A DNA stretch of 49,850 bases. It comes from Pseudobdellovibrionaceae bacterium. GTDB taxonomy: Bacteria > Bdellovibrionota > Bdellovibrionia > Bdellovibrionales > UBA1609. The stretch covers positions 1 through 49,850 of the forward strand of contig JAUVAX010000015.1 in the NCBI GenBank assembly GCA_030591685.1. The letters run 5' to 3'. Both the position numbers and the translations under genes were made by a program. A model generated the notes under the pieces. That model was not told the DNA's origin. It ran no database searches and worked only from the letters and a program-made list of their open reading frames with translations. Below, one piece after another: positions 34,854 through 44,133 of the stretch (its first letter is position 1; each line of letters opens with the position of its first letter).

Positions 34854-37097
34854 CTAAACTCTCTCTAGGCGGGCAAATTTAACAACAAATTTTTTAACAG
34901 AATTATTCTTAAACACAACGCTGACTTTTTGGTTATCACCCTTGCCCTCGACTTGGTGAATACTGCCCACACCAAAAGTAGGGTGCTTCACTCGCATACC
35001 CTTAGCAAAACCACTGTCTTCGTCAAAATAGGTGTCGTCAAAATCGTCAAAGCTGTCTTGGTAAAACTCGTTGTATTGGTTTTTTGTAGACCCTGAAGGG
35101 TGTTTTTTTGAATACTTATTTAAAAATTTTGGTTTAAAGGGTTGCTGCTCGTCAAGGTATTGAGCGGGTATTTCTTTTATAAATCGGCTCGGTGAGTGGC
35201 TTTGTTCCTGCCCCCATACTCGGCGATTAAGGGCATAGCAGAGGTAAAGTTTTTTCATCGCACGGGTCATGCCGACGTAACAAAGCCTTCGCTCCTCTTC
35301 AATAGCGTCACCATTTGAATCTTCAAAGCTTCTCGCCGAGGGGAACAAGCCCTCCTCTAAGCCCACTACAAATACCACAGGGTACTCAAGCCCCTTTGAT
35401 ATATGTAGGGTCATTAAGGTCACGGCGTCTGTTGACTCATCAAGGCCGTCAATGTCTGAAACTAGGGCCATCTCTTCTAAAAAGGTTTGTAAACTAGCTT
35501 CGTCACCACGCTCTTGCTCAAACTCAGTGGTGGCGTTGTTGAACTCTTCTAAGTTGTCTATTCGGGCTAAAGACTCAGAGGTGTTTTCGTCTTTGAGCCT
35601 TAAGGCGTAGCCTGTTTCATCTAAAATATTTAAGTACGTATCACTTAAGCCCGCTGATTCGGCAAACTTAAATATACGCCCCATTAAGGTGTAAAAATTT
35701 TGTAGTTTTTTACAAGCTCCCGCGTGCACAATTTTTTGTTCAATGGCTTTGGGGATGACACTTAAAAGGCCCTCTCCGGTGAGTGCTGCTAAAGCCTCAA
35801 GCTTATCAATGGTAGTTTTACCAATCCCCCTTGTGGGCACGTTAATAATTCTCTTTACAGCTACGTCATCAGTGGGGTTTAAAATGAGCTTCATGTAGGC
35901 TAAAATATCTTTGATTTCTTTTCGTTCAAAAAACTTAACTCCGCCTACGATTCGGTAGGCAACGCCCAAAGAGCGCAAGTTTTCTTCGATCACGCGAGAC
36001 TGTGCGTTTGTTCGGTAAAAAATAGCAACGTCATTAAGTATGGTGTCTCCCGCTTCAAATATTTTTTTAATCTCACCACTCACAAAACGCGACTCATCGT
36101 ATTCAGTTTGCCCGGCGTGTACGGTTATTTTTTCGCCCTCTTCTTTTTCGGTAAATAAAGTTTTGTCTTTTCTTTGGGTATTATTTTTTATCACAAACCC
36201 GGCGGCCTCTACTATGTTTTTAGTAGACCTATAGTTTTGCTCCAGTTTTACTACCGTCCCTTCGGGAAAGTCTTTTTCAAAGTTTAAAATATTTGTAATA
36301 TCAGCCCCGCGCCAAGAGTAAATAGACTGGTCCTCATCGCCCACCACACAGAGGTTTCTGTACTTTTTAGCAAGAAGCTTTAGTAATTTGTACTGTATGT
36401 GGTTTGTGTCTTGGTACTCGTCGACCATAATAAATTTAAACTGATCTTGGTATTGCTCTAATAGGGCCGGGTAGTACTCAAAGAGTTCGTGGGTTTTTAA
36501 CAACAGGTCCGAAAAATCAAGAGAGTTAGACTTTTTCATTTCTTTTTCGTAAATGCGGTAAACCTCTAAAGACTCATCGTCCATAACAAAGTGACTTTTT
36601 TTAGAGACCCCATCGGGGGTGAGCCCCTCGGTTTTGGCATTGTTAATGCGCGACTGAAAACCCTTGGCGGGGTTTAATTTTTCGTTAATGTTAAGTTTGT
36701 TTAAAACTCGTTTTATCATGCTCAGTTGGTCTGAGCTGTCGTAGATGCCAAAAAAAGGTTGGTACTCAAGTAAGTGTATGTGCTCTCTTAAAATGCGCAC
36801 ACAAGTAGAGTGAAAGGTGCTCACCCACAGTTGTGAGGGGACCGGTATTTTTAAACTAAAAAGAAGCTTGTAAATGCGGTCATTCATTTCGCGGGCGGCT
36901 TTATTGGTAAAAGTCACACATAGTATTTCATTGGGCTGAGCCTCACCCTGGGCAATAAGGTTTGCAAAGCGGTAAGTGAGCACACGGGTTTTTCCCGACC
37001 CAGCGCCAGCTAGTATAAGCAGGGGCCCTAAGAGTTTATAGGCGGCCTCAAACTGCGTTGGGTTAAGCTCTGATTGAAATAAAGGGGCCTTGCTCAT
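34854..37097 (-). CDS. pcrA: ATP-dependent DNA helicase PcrA/UvrD
   Basis: AGAGSGKT, TFTNKAA, VDEYQD, QSIYSWRGA, EEERRLCYVGMTRA, C-terminal Tudor HPTFG. Confidence 0.95.
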   Translation of the reverse strand: MSKAPLFQSELNPTQFEAAYKLLGPLLILAGAGSGKTRVLTYRFANLIAQGEAQPNEILCVTFTNKAAREMNDRIYKLLFSLKIPVPSQLWVSTFHSTCVRILREHIHLLEYQPFFGIYDSSDQLSMIKRVLNKLNINEKLNPAKGFQSRINNAKTEGLTPDGVSKKSHFVMDDESLEVYRIYEKEMKKSNSLDFSDLLLKTHELFEYYPALLEQYQDQFKFIMVDEYQDTNHIQYKLLKLLAKKYRNLCVVGDEDQSIYSWRGADITNILNFEKDFPEGTVVKLEQNYRSTKNIVEAAGFVIKNNTQRKDKTLFTEKEEGEKITVHAGQTEYDESRFVSGEIKKIFEAGDTILNDVAIFYRTNAQSRVIEENLRSLGVAYRIVGGVKFFERKEIKDILAYMKLILNPTDDVAVKRIINVPTRGIGKTTIDKLEALAALTGEGLLSVIPKAIEQKIVHAGACKKLQNFYTLMGRIFKFAESAGLSDTYLNILDETGYALRLKDENTSESLARIDNLEEFNNATTEFEQERGDEASLQTFLEEMALVSDIDGLDESTDAVTLMTLHISKGLEYPVVFVVGLEEGLFPSARSFEDSNGDAIEEERRLCYVGMTRAMKKLYLCYALNRRVWGQEQSHSPSRFIKEIPAQYLDEQQPFKPKFLNKYSKKHPSGSTKNQYNEFYQDSFDDFDDTYFDEDSGFAKGMRVKHPTFGVGSIHQVEGKGDNQKVSVVFKNNSVKKFVVKFARLERV

Positions 37098-37241
37098 AAA
37101 ACTCTTTTTAGTTGTTTAGCGAGTGAGGGCCTACGCTTAAAACCATTGTTTACAACAGCGAAATACCAAAGCCCTCAAACCGTATGTTTAAGGGGTTTTA
37201 TAAGGTCTATCGCAGTAATTGTAAAGGTGTTAAGGGCCTAG

Positions 37242-38066
37242 TTACCTGATTATCTTTTGAACAATGGCAGAGCTAATGCTGGCTTGCTTCAAGAGTTCTT
37301 TTCTAAAGTGATTTGCACTTTTTCGGCCCTCAAAAAGACCAATACTTACTCGGTACCAGATTTTACCCTTAATGTTAGCCGGCACGTAAAAGGCAAAGTA
37401 CTCAGGCTTTAGCTTTTCAGCATGTATTTTAGCCTCTTTTTCAGTGGCATAAGACGCAATTTGTACTGTGTATTTACCTATAGATGTTGGGTTAAGGATC
37501 GGCAGCACACTGGCTGGCTTTCTTGTAGGCTTAACGTTCGGGGTAGGGGTTTTTCCCTTCGCTAAGCGGTTCATGGCCGTAGGCACAGGTTCTGGTTTAA
37601 AGGGCTTGGCCTCAAGTGGTTTTTTAATTTCAGGTGATTTTTTTACGAGAGTTGTCTTTTCAGGCGTAGTTGATTTAGTCGTAGCTTTTGAAGCATGTGT
37701 TCTGGCAATAGGTGTGTAGCCGTCTTCAGTTTTAGTCGTCTTTGTAGGGGTGGGTTCACTCTTTTTCGCCACAACCTTGGGCTCTTGTACTGGTTTAGTG
37801 TTGGCCTGTTGCTTTTCGGCCTCAACAAAAGATTTAGACAGCTCATTGACCTCGGCTTCTGTGATAACACCTTCAGAAGAGTCATGCTTTGTACTGGCCG
37901 TGTTTCGAACATGGTCATACTCAGCCTCTAATGCAACACGACGACGGTCACTATCGCTCACTTGCTTACCGACATATGTACCAACTGAAAATGAAAAAAG
38001 TGAAATAAAAAATATCAGAGCTAATTTAACGACAGTCTCTGCTTTTGTCCCCCCGTGATTATCCAT
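37242..38066 (-). CDS. SPOR-domain protein
   Basis: N-terminal TM, P/K/T-rich linker, YTVQIASY...WYRVSIG. Confidence 0.88.
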   Translation of the reverse strand: MDNHGGTKAETVVKLALIFFISLFSFSVGTYVGKQVSDSDRRRVALEAEYDHVRNTASTKHDSSEGVITEAEVNELSKSFVEAEKQQANTKPVQEPKVVAKKSEPTPTKTTKTEDGYTPIARTHASKATTKSTTPEKTTLVKKSPEIKKPLEAKPFKPEPVPTAMNRLAKGKTPTPNVKPTRKPASVLPILNPTSIGKYTVQIASYATEKEAKIHAEKLKPEYFAFYVPANIKGKIWYRVSIGLFEGRKSANHFRKELLKQASISSAIVQKIIR

Positions 38067-38134
38067 ACTCTCTCCCCCTCTTTAAAATTATCAGTTTGCT
38101 TTTACTACGTTTAGTTTTTGTAGAGTTAATTTAC

Positions 38135-38161
38135 TTGTCGGCAAACTAAAACGTGTTCTTA
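38135..38161 (-). promoter_or_regulatory. putative sigma28 (FliA) promoter
   Basis: TAAG-N15-GCCGACAA about 70 bp upstream of the SPOR gene. Confidence 0.65.
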
Positions 38162-38243
38162 GGTATATGTTAAACTTTTCGCCCCAAAGGGTCAATCCGT
38201 CAAAGTCTTGACAATAGGGGACTTGGCAGGTTTATAGGGGCTT

Positions 38244-39059
38244 ATGTCGCAAAGCTTAACGCCCGTAATAAAAAATCAATTACTCTCAAGCGCTTGCCAG
38301 GCGGCAAAGCTTGGTAGACAGGTATTGTTGGATTATTTCGGGCACTTATCTAAGGTGAGTGAAAAGCACTTGGCCGGTCTAGTGAGCGAGGCCGACGTGG
38401 CCAGCGAAAAGGTAATTAAGGACTATTTAGCACAAAGGCATCCCAAAATTGGCTTTTTGGGCGAAGAAGAGGCCTTTGAAAACCCCAACCTTAGCCTATC
38501 ATCACATGAGTCACTTTGGGTGGTTGACCCCTTAGATGGCACGACTAATTATGTGCACAGGTTCCCTATTTTTTGCATAAGTATTGGGCTTATTATTAAC
38601 GGTAAAATCGAAGTGGGCGTTATAGATGTGCCTATGCTCAATAAAACCTATATGGCCACCGCCGGGGGCGGGGCCTTTGCCAACGAGGTCCCTTTAAAGG
38701 CCAGTCAACGAAGCCAAGTTTCTCAAAGCTTATTGGCCACAGGTTTTTTTGCTCAAAATAAGCCCGCCTTAAAACAGCAGTTAAAAATATTTTCTGAATT
38801 TATAGGCCAAGCCAGGGGTGTTCGGCGAGCCGGCGCTGCGGCTTATGATTTATGCATGGTTGCTGAGGGTGTTTTTGATGGTTTTTGGGAGCGTAATTTA
38901 AGCCCATGGGACACCTGTGCCGGCACCTTGCTTGTTCGCGAAGCCGGGGGCATTGTAACTAACTACGAGGGCGGCGAGTACCACCCCGATCAAAACTCTA
39001 TCCTAGCCTCTAATAAGCCTCTTCATGGGCAACTTTTAAAGGTGACTTCATTATATTAA
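38244..39059 (+). CDS. suhB: inositol monophosphatase family protein
   Basis: LGEE, WVVDPLDGTTNY, RRAGAAAYD, WDTCAG. Confidence 0.92.
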   Translation: MSQSLTPVIKNQLLSSACQAAKLGRQVLLDYFGHLSKVSEKHLAGLVSEADVASEKVIKDYLAQRHPKIGFLGEEEAFENPNLSLSSHESLWVVDPLDGTTNYVHRFPIFCISIGLIINGKIEVGVIDVPMLNKTYMATAGGGAFANEVPLKASQRSQVSQSLLATGFFAQNKPALKQQLKIFSEFIGQARGVRRAGAAAYDLCMVAEGVFDGFWERNLSPWDTCAGTLLVREAGGIVTNYEGGEYHPDQNSILASNKPLHGQLLKVTSLY

Positions 39060-39110
39060 TTTCTTTAAGTCTTATACTTAGCGCCCCTCCCTTTGGGGTT
39101 TTAAGTGCTA

Positions 39111-39866
39111 TTATTGATAGGTTAAATTTTCTAACTGTGCTTTTTTAATCCGTCGTATAAACTCCCTGCGGCTAATCATCTTACTGTTATGGCTTTGGAT
39201 TAAGGGCGACATCTCCTGAGTATCGATCCACTTTAGGCCCCGTGTTTTTAAATGCTCAATAAGAGCAACAAATGCAATTTTTGAAGTGTTGTCTTTAAAA
39301 TGAAACATGCTTTCCCCAAAGTACACGCCCTTAATAAATGTGCCATAGAGGCCGCCGACAAGTTTTGACCCCTCCCAGACCTCAACACTGTGCGCGTAGC
39401 CGAGTTTATGTAGCTCTATATAGGCATTAATAAAATTTTTAGAAATCCATGTTGGTCCTTGGTTGCCCCTCGAGGCATCTGCCGAGGCGTTAATGACCCC
39501 AATAAAATTTTCATCAAAAGACACCCTGTAGGGTGAGTTTTTAATAATTTTTTGAGTTGTTTTGTTAATGCGAAAATCAGAAAACTCTAAAATTGCACGA
39601 TGTGGGGGGGAGTACCACTGTATGTGGTCGCCATTATCTACCCACGGAAAGATCCCGTTCCTGTACGCCTCAATTAAACTGGGGACAGTTAGGGGAGCGT
39701 CCACAAAAACTTCACCAGTAAGGGGGCTCGTAACTAAGGGTTTTTTAAAAAACACAGGTCGCGGCTTAAATGTTTTATAGCAAACATTCTGCCCCCATAG
39801 GGGCCCGCTCATAGAAGAGCCTAAAAAAAATATTAATATTATAAGTGCCTGATACATTTTGATCAT
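39111..39866 (-). CDS. aat: leucyl/phenylalanyl-tRNA--protein transferase with N-terminal signal-like extension
   Basis: AYRNGIFPW, TWIS, AHSVEVW, LVGGLYG, GESMF, SKIAF, IDTQ. Confidence 0.92.
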   Translation of the reverse strand: MIKMYQALIILIFFLGSSMSGPLWGQNVCYKTFKPRPVFFKKPLVTSPLTGEVFVDAPLTVPSLIEAYRNGIFPWVDNGDHIQWYSPPHRAILEFSDFRINKTTQKIIKNSPYRVSFDENFIGVINASADASRGNQGPTWISKNFINAYIELHKLGYAHSVEVWEGSKLVGGLYGTFIKGVYFGESMFHFKDNTSKIAFVALIEHLKTRGLKWIDTQEMSPLIQSHNSKMISRREFIRRIKKAQLENLTYQ

Positions 39867-39997
39867 AAACCCCTGCGGACTTAAAATTAACGAAGCAAGT
39901 GGGGTTTTATCTTACAAAAAGTGAAATTTAAAGTTTAAGTCTTAAAATTTATATAAACTTAACTATTTTTTGAAATATGTACTTATTTTTTGATTAT

Positions 39998-40031
39998 AAA
40001 AAAAAGGGGCTTACTAGTAAGGCCCCTTTTT
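39998..40031. terminator. intrinsic terminator
   Basis: A8-GGGGCTTACTAGTAAGGCCCC-T5, downstream of the minus-strand lipoprotein gene. Confidence 0.85.
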
Positions 40032-40058
40032 ACATTAAGTTGTAGCGCGCTCTTGGCT

Positions 40059-40655
40059 TTACATGCAGTACCCAACAAATTCATAAACTTTACGCTGCCA
40101 GTTACGGGCTGATGTAAAGTGGGCTAATTTGTGGCTGTCACTTTTTTGAAAATCAATATTCGTTTGCTCGGTGTAAAATATAATGCGGTATTCAACATCT
40201 CTAACGCCGCTATTTCGCTCATAGTAGCAAATTTTTTCGTGGCCATTCCAAAAGCAAACATACCTCTGGGGGCCTTCGCAGAATTCGGTACCTCTTATTA
40301 AGCGTCCTGTTTCATGCTCTGTTGTGCGAGAGCCTGTGATATCAAAATCTTGCTTAATCTTTTTGCGATCAATAAAAATATTTTTCATATTCTCATCAAA
40401 GGCATCCTTAGGCAGCATAAAGCTAAACTTTTTTGTGAGTTCTTCGTTTTTAACTTCGGCCTTTAGAGTAAGGTGATCGCCACTTTTTTTGACCTTTACC
40501 TTTGCCTCATAAGTACCGGTGGGTATTGTGGTAGAATCCTTTTCATCGCTAAAGGTAATATCCTCATTAACGGTAAACTGACCAATTAATGTATCGCTAC
40601 AGGCTGTGAGCATTAAAGACGCGCACACAAACAGACTTGTTAATATTTTATTCAT
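40059..40655 (-). CDS. hypothetical lipoprotein
   Basis: RBS GAGGGGGA, MNKILT...LTA-C lipobox, four Cys in the C-terminal part. Confidence 0.8.
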   Translation of the reverse strand: MNKILTSLFVCASLMLTACSDTLIGQFTVNEDITFSDEKDSTTIPTGTYEAKVKVKKSGDHLTLKAEVKNEELTKKFSFMLPKDAFDENMKNIFIDRKKIKQDFDITGSRTTEHETGRLIRGTEFCEGPQRYVCFWNGHEKICYYERNSGVRDVEYRIIFYTEQTNIDFQKSDSHKLAHFTSARNWQRKVYEFVGYCM

Positions 40656-40901
40656 AGTATCCCCCTCATTGGACTTTAGTAGAGTATAGGACACATAAAA
40701 TTAAGAGCAACAGAGGTTTATGCGCTTATCACGCCGCTTCCTAAATTTATTAGCTCTTTGTCTGTAAGCCGTCGAATAGTCCTGTCAAAAATGTCACTTA
40801 AAACCCTTTAGGGGGGTCAAAAAATTATCAATGAGTAGTGGCAAAAATTACCTACTCAATGTGACGGGGGTTTGAATGAGCAACTTAGGCGAAGGTCTAT
40901 A

Positions 40902-40917
40902 TGGCATCTGGTTTGCT
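40902..40917 (+). promoter_or_regulatory. sigma54 promoter of the fliL operon
   Basis: TGGCAT-CTGGT-TTGCT with GG-N10-GC spacing. Confidence 0.8.
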
Positions 40918-40956
40918 AAGTAGAGGTATGTAGAATTGTCAATTAAGGAGGACTTA

Positions 40957-41490
40957 GTGGCTGAAGAAGCAAAACAAGACCAGGGACAGGCCGCTCCCAG
41001 TAAATCAACACCCGGACAAAAGCCGATGCTATTTATTATACTCGCTGTATTTAATATGCTGGTTGTCGTGGGTGTGGGTGCAATGATTTATATGGGTCAA
41101 AAAAAATTAGAACATGAACCAAAAATTGATGACGTCATAAAGGGTGAAAAAATAGCGCAAGACCTTGAAAAAGACAGTCAAAATGCCATTGGTAAATTAG
41201 TACCTCTTGAGACTTTTTTAGTAAACTTGTCAGGCAGTCGAGGGCGAAAACTCGCTAAAATAAATATGGAGCTCGAGGTCAGCAATGATGACGTCCAAGA
41301 AGAAATAGATCAACTCAAGCCTAAAATTAGAGACATTATAATTATGATCTTATCCAGCAAATCTTATGCGCAAGTATCGACCAAAGACGGTAAAGATAGC
41401 TTAAGAAAGGAAATAAGGGACCAAGTTAATTTATTTTTAACTAAAGGTAAAATTAAACGAGTTTATTTTACAGAGTTTATTTATAGCTAA
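40957..41490 (+). CDS. fliL: flagellar basal body protein FliL
   Basis: RBS AAGGAGG plus GTG; TM, FLVNL, PKIRD, VYFTEFI. Confidence 0.93.
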   Translation: MAEEAKQDQGQAAPSKSTPGQKPMLFIILAVFNMLVVVGVGAMIYMGQKKLEHEPKIDDVIKGEKIAQDLEKDSQNAIGKLVPLETFLVNLSGSRGRKLAKINMELEVSNDDVQEEIDQLKPKIRDIIIMILSSKSYAQVSTKDGKDSLRKEIRDQVNLFLTKGKIKRVYFTEFIYS

Positions 41491-41499
41491 GGGTGATGT

Positions 41500-42510
41500 A
41501 TGAACCAAGTACTTTCACAAGGTGAAGTGGATGCGCTGCTAGCAGCAGTATCAGATGGTGATGTTGATTCAGGTGAATCCGAAAGCAGTGCTTTATCTGC
41601 GGGCGGAGGAGATGATGATGAGGTCATAGCGATTACCTATGACCTGACGAGCCAGGATAGGATAGTTAGAGGGCGACTCCCTCAACTTGACGTTATTTAT
41701 GAAAAATTCATGCGCTCCTTCAGGGTTTCCCTCTCCAGTGCTTTAAGAAAAATCGCCACACTTAACCATGCGAGTACAGATTTTTTAAAGTTTGGTGAGT
41801 TTATTAATACGTTGCCAATGCCTACATGTATGAGTGTTTTAAGGTTTAACTCTCTTAGGGGCTCAGCTCTTTTTGTGATCGAAAGTAAGCTCGCTTATGC
41901 CCTTGTAGATAATTTTTTTGGTGGGGCCGACCAGCCCTATACAAAAATTGAGGGCAAAGACTTTACCCCCATTGAGTTACAAATTATAAGAAAGGTCGTA
42001 GATTTAGCAATACATGACCTCGATCAAGCCTGGGCTTCAGTAGAAAAGATAGATTGTACTTTTGTTCGTACCGAAATAAACCCGCAGTTTGTTGGTATTG
42101 TGCCCCCAACAGATATAGTCATTGCCTCAACCTTTGACGTTGAACTAGAAAACGCAAACGGCACCATAACACTCGTTGTCCCCTACTCGACTATTGAGCC
42201 CATAAGGCAAAAACTACAAACAGGATTTCAGGTAGAGAGTGATCAAACAGATAAAAAACTTTGGACCGCCATAATTACAGAGCAATTACTTGATACCGAG
42301 GTCGATTTAAAAGTCAACTTAGGTAACACCGTAATTAAGGCTGAGGACTTAATGAAATTAAAAATTGGAGATGTACTGCCTTTAGATCAAGATGCCACAG
42401 GTGAGTTTGATTTACAGGTCGAAGGGGTTAAGAAATTTAAATCATATTATGGGATACATCACGGTACCGTTGCGGTGCAAGTTACAAAACAGGTTAAAAG
42501 ACCAAAATAA
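41500..42510 (+). CDS. fliM: flagellar motor switch protein FliM
   Basis: VLSQGEVDALL, FGG, EINPQF. Confidence 0.96.
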   Translation: MNQVLSQGEVDALLAAVSDGDVDSGESESSALSAGGGDDDEVIAITYDLTSQDRIVRGRLPQLDVIYEKFMRSFRVSLSSALRKIATLNHASTDFLKFGEFINTLPMPTCMSVLRFNSLRGSALFVIESKLAYALVDNFFGGADQPYTKIEGKDFTPIELQIIRKVVDLAIHDLDQAWASVEKIDCTFVRTEINPQFVGIVPPTDIVIASTFDVELENANGTITLVVPYSTIEPIRQKLQTGFQVESDQTDKKLWTAIITEQLLDTEVDLKVNLGNTVIKAEDLMKLKIGDVLPLDQDATGEFDLQVEGVKKFKSYYGIHHGTVAVQVTKQVKRPK

Positions 42511-42535
42511 AAAATATAAGCAAGAGGTAAAGAAT

Positions 42536-42934
42536 ATGGCAGATGAAGCACAAAACATAGAAGACGACTTAGGGCAAGAACTCGCTGACGCAGGTATCAC
42601 TGATGAGGCACTACAAGAGGTCACAGGCGAAGCACCTGCACCCGTCGAGACACTGAGTGACGACGAAAACGGAGCGCGAAACTTAGACCTTATTTTAGAC
42701 ATCCCCCTGCGGGTAACTGTAGAGTTAGGGCGAACTAAAATGGTTGTGAGTGAGCTACTTAACTTAGGTCAGGGCAGTGTTGTAGAGCTCAGTAAATTAG
42801 CTGGGGAGCCTATGGAAGTCCTAGTCAACGACAAGCTCGTTGCAAGGGGTGAGGCCGTCGTAGTTAACGAAAAGTTTGGTGTACGGTTGACAGACATTAT
42901 TTCTCCCACGGAGAGAGTAGAACAACTCAAGTAA
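42536..42934 (+). CDS. fliN: flagellar motor switch protein FliN
   Basis: LDIPLRVTVELGR, GEAVVVNEKFGVRLTDI; ATG at 42536 with GAGG RBS. Confidence 0.96.
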   Translation: MADEAQNIEDDLGQELADAGITDEALQEVTGEAPAPVETLSDDENGARNLDLILDIPLRVTVELGRTKMVVSELLNLGQGSVVELSKLAGEPMEVLVNDKLVARGEAVVVNEKFGVRLTDIISPTERVEQLK

Positions 42935-42978
42935 AGCAAAGCTTTATGGGTTAAATATTGACTGTCAGGAGGACAGCT

Positions 42979-44133
42979 GTGAAAAGCAGGATGCTTATAT
43001 TATTATCACTCATCATTATGACAGCGCCGTTTGTTTGGGCTGAAAACATGGTCACCGCGGTGAATGCCTACAGGGTAGGAGATGAGTTTATAACTGAAAT
43101 CAACTTTGAGCACCCGGTCAAAGAGGGCGACCTCACTGTGGATTACATCAACCAAACAGTACAAGTTGAAATTGAAGGCGCAAAACTCATTGAGGAGCAA
43201 TTTCTTCGAAAAGTTAAAGATGATAAATTTAAAAGTGTGTATAGCTATATGCCTAAAGATGGTTACGTGCGGGTCAGGATTATTCAACATAAACCCCATT
43301 TAGCAAAAGAATTAAAAGACCAAATCAAAATTGAATACAAAGGTCATCTTGCTTTTGTAAAAATTAAAAAGACCCCAAGGGCATTACCGGCTAAAACCTC
43401 CGTAGAGGTTAATGAGGGGTTAGTTATACCCCCTATAGGTTTTGCTTTAAATAAAAACCCTAGCAAAAAAAATAAATTGTCTTTCTCGGTCGACGAAATA
43501 CTTACAAATGAGATAGGCGCGACTCCAAAGCCTATAATTAAGAGTGAAGTAAAGGCTGAAAAACCAAAGTCTCAAAAATCAGAACAAAAATTATCAATAG
43601 CTCAAAGCAGTACTCAAGGTAAAAAGAATAGACTAGAGTCAGAAATCCCAATTTTTACAGCCAAAACTAAGACTAGTACAAAGGCCTCAAACCCTTACTT
43701 TAAAATGATCATAAGCTTATTGATTGTTGGATTGCTCGGTGGCGGGATTACGCTGTTTACTAAGTGGTGGTCAAAAAAGCAGACAAAGTCTTTAGATAAT
43801 AATAAAATACGTGTGCTCACTCAGCACCACCTTGGACCTAAAAAAAGTTTAGCTATTATACAGGTCGCAGGCGAGAGTATTTTAATCGGTGTGACTGATC
43901 AAAACATTAACATGATCAAAACTCTAGCTCTTTTAGACGAAGAGGTTCCTGAAATCTCTAACAATATAAATTTTAAAAGTACTCTTGAAGCCAGTGTGGC
44001 CACCGATAATGTTTTAGACCAGGTGGGTGTGCCCGCTCTTTCTAAAGAGGGCGGCTCTCCAGTAGAGGACTACTCTTTAGTTAAAATTAAAGACATTGTA
44101 TCTAATCGACTTAAGGACATGAGGACGCTTTAA
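42979..44133 (+). CDS. fliO: flagellar biosynthesis protein FliO with large periplasmic N-extension
   Basis: Lies between fliN and fliP; LGPKKSLAIIQVAGESILIGVT; RBS AGGAGG before GTG 42979. Confidence 0.85.
   Translation: MKSRMLILLSLIIMTAPFVWAENMVTAVNAYRVGDEFITEINFEHPVKEGDLTVDYINQTVQVEIEGAKLIEEQFLRKVKDDKFKSVYSYMPKDGYVRVRIIQHKPHLAKELKDQIKIEYKGHLAFVKIKKTPRALPAKTSVEVNEGLVIPPIGFALNKNPSKKNKLSFSVDEILTNEIGATPKPIIKSEVKAEKPKSQKSEQKLSIAQSSTQGKKNRLESEIPIFTAKTKTSTKASNPYFKMIISLLIVGLLGGGITLFTKWWSKKQTKSLDNNKIRVLTQHHLGPKKSLAIIQVAGESILIGVTDQNINMIKTLALLDEEVPEISNNINFKSTLEASVATDNVLDQVGVPALSKEGGSPVEDYSLVKIKDIVSNRLKDMRTL

Noticed and set aside
29680..34854. Prophage or ICE at tRNA-Leu
   Set aside because: No integrase and no downstream copy of the tRNA 3' end found by eye.
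42392..42535. N-terminal extensions of FliN (also FliQ at 44849 and FliL at 40936)
   Set aside because: Better RBS-linked starts exist at 42536, 44900 and 40957; the FliN and FliQ extensions also overlap upstream genes.
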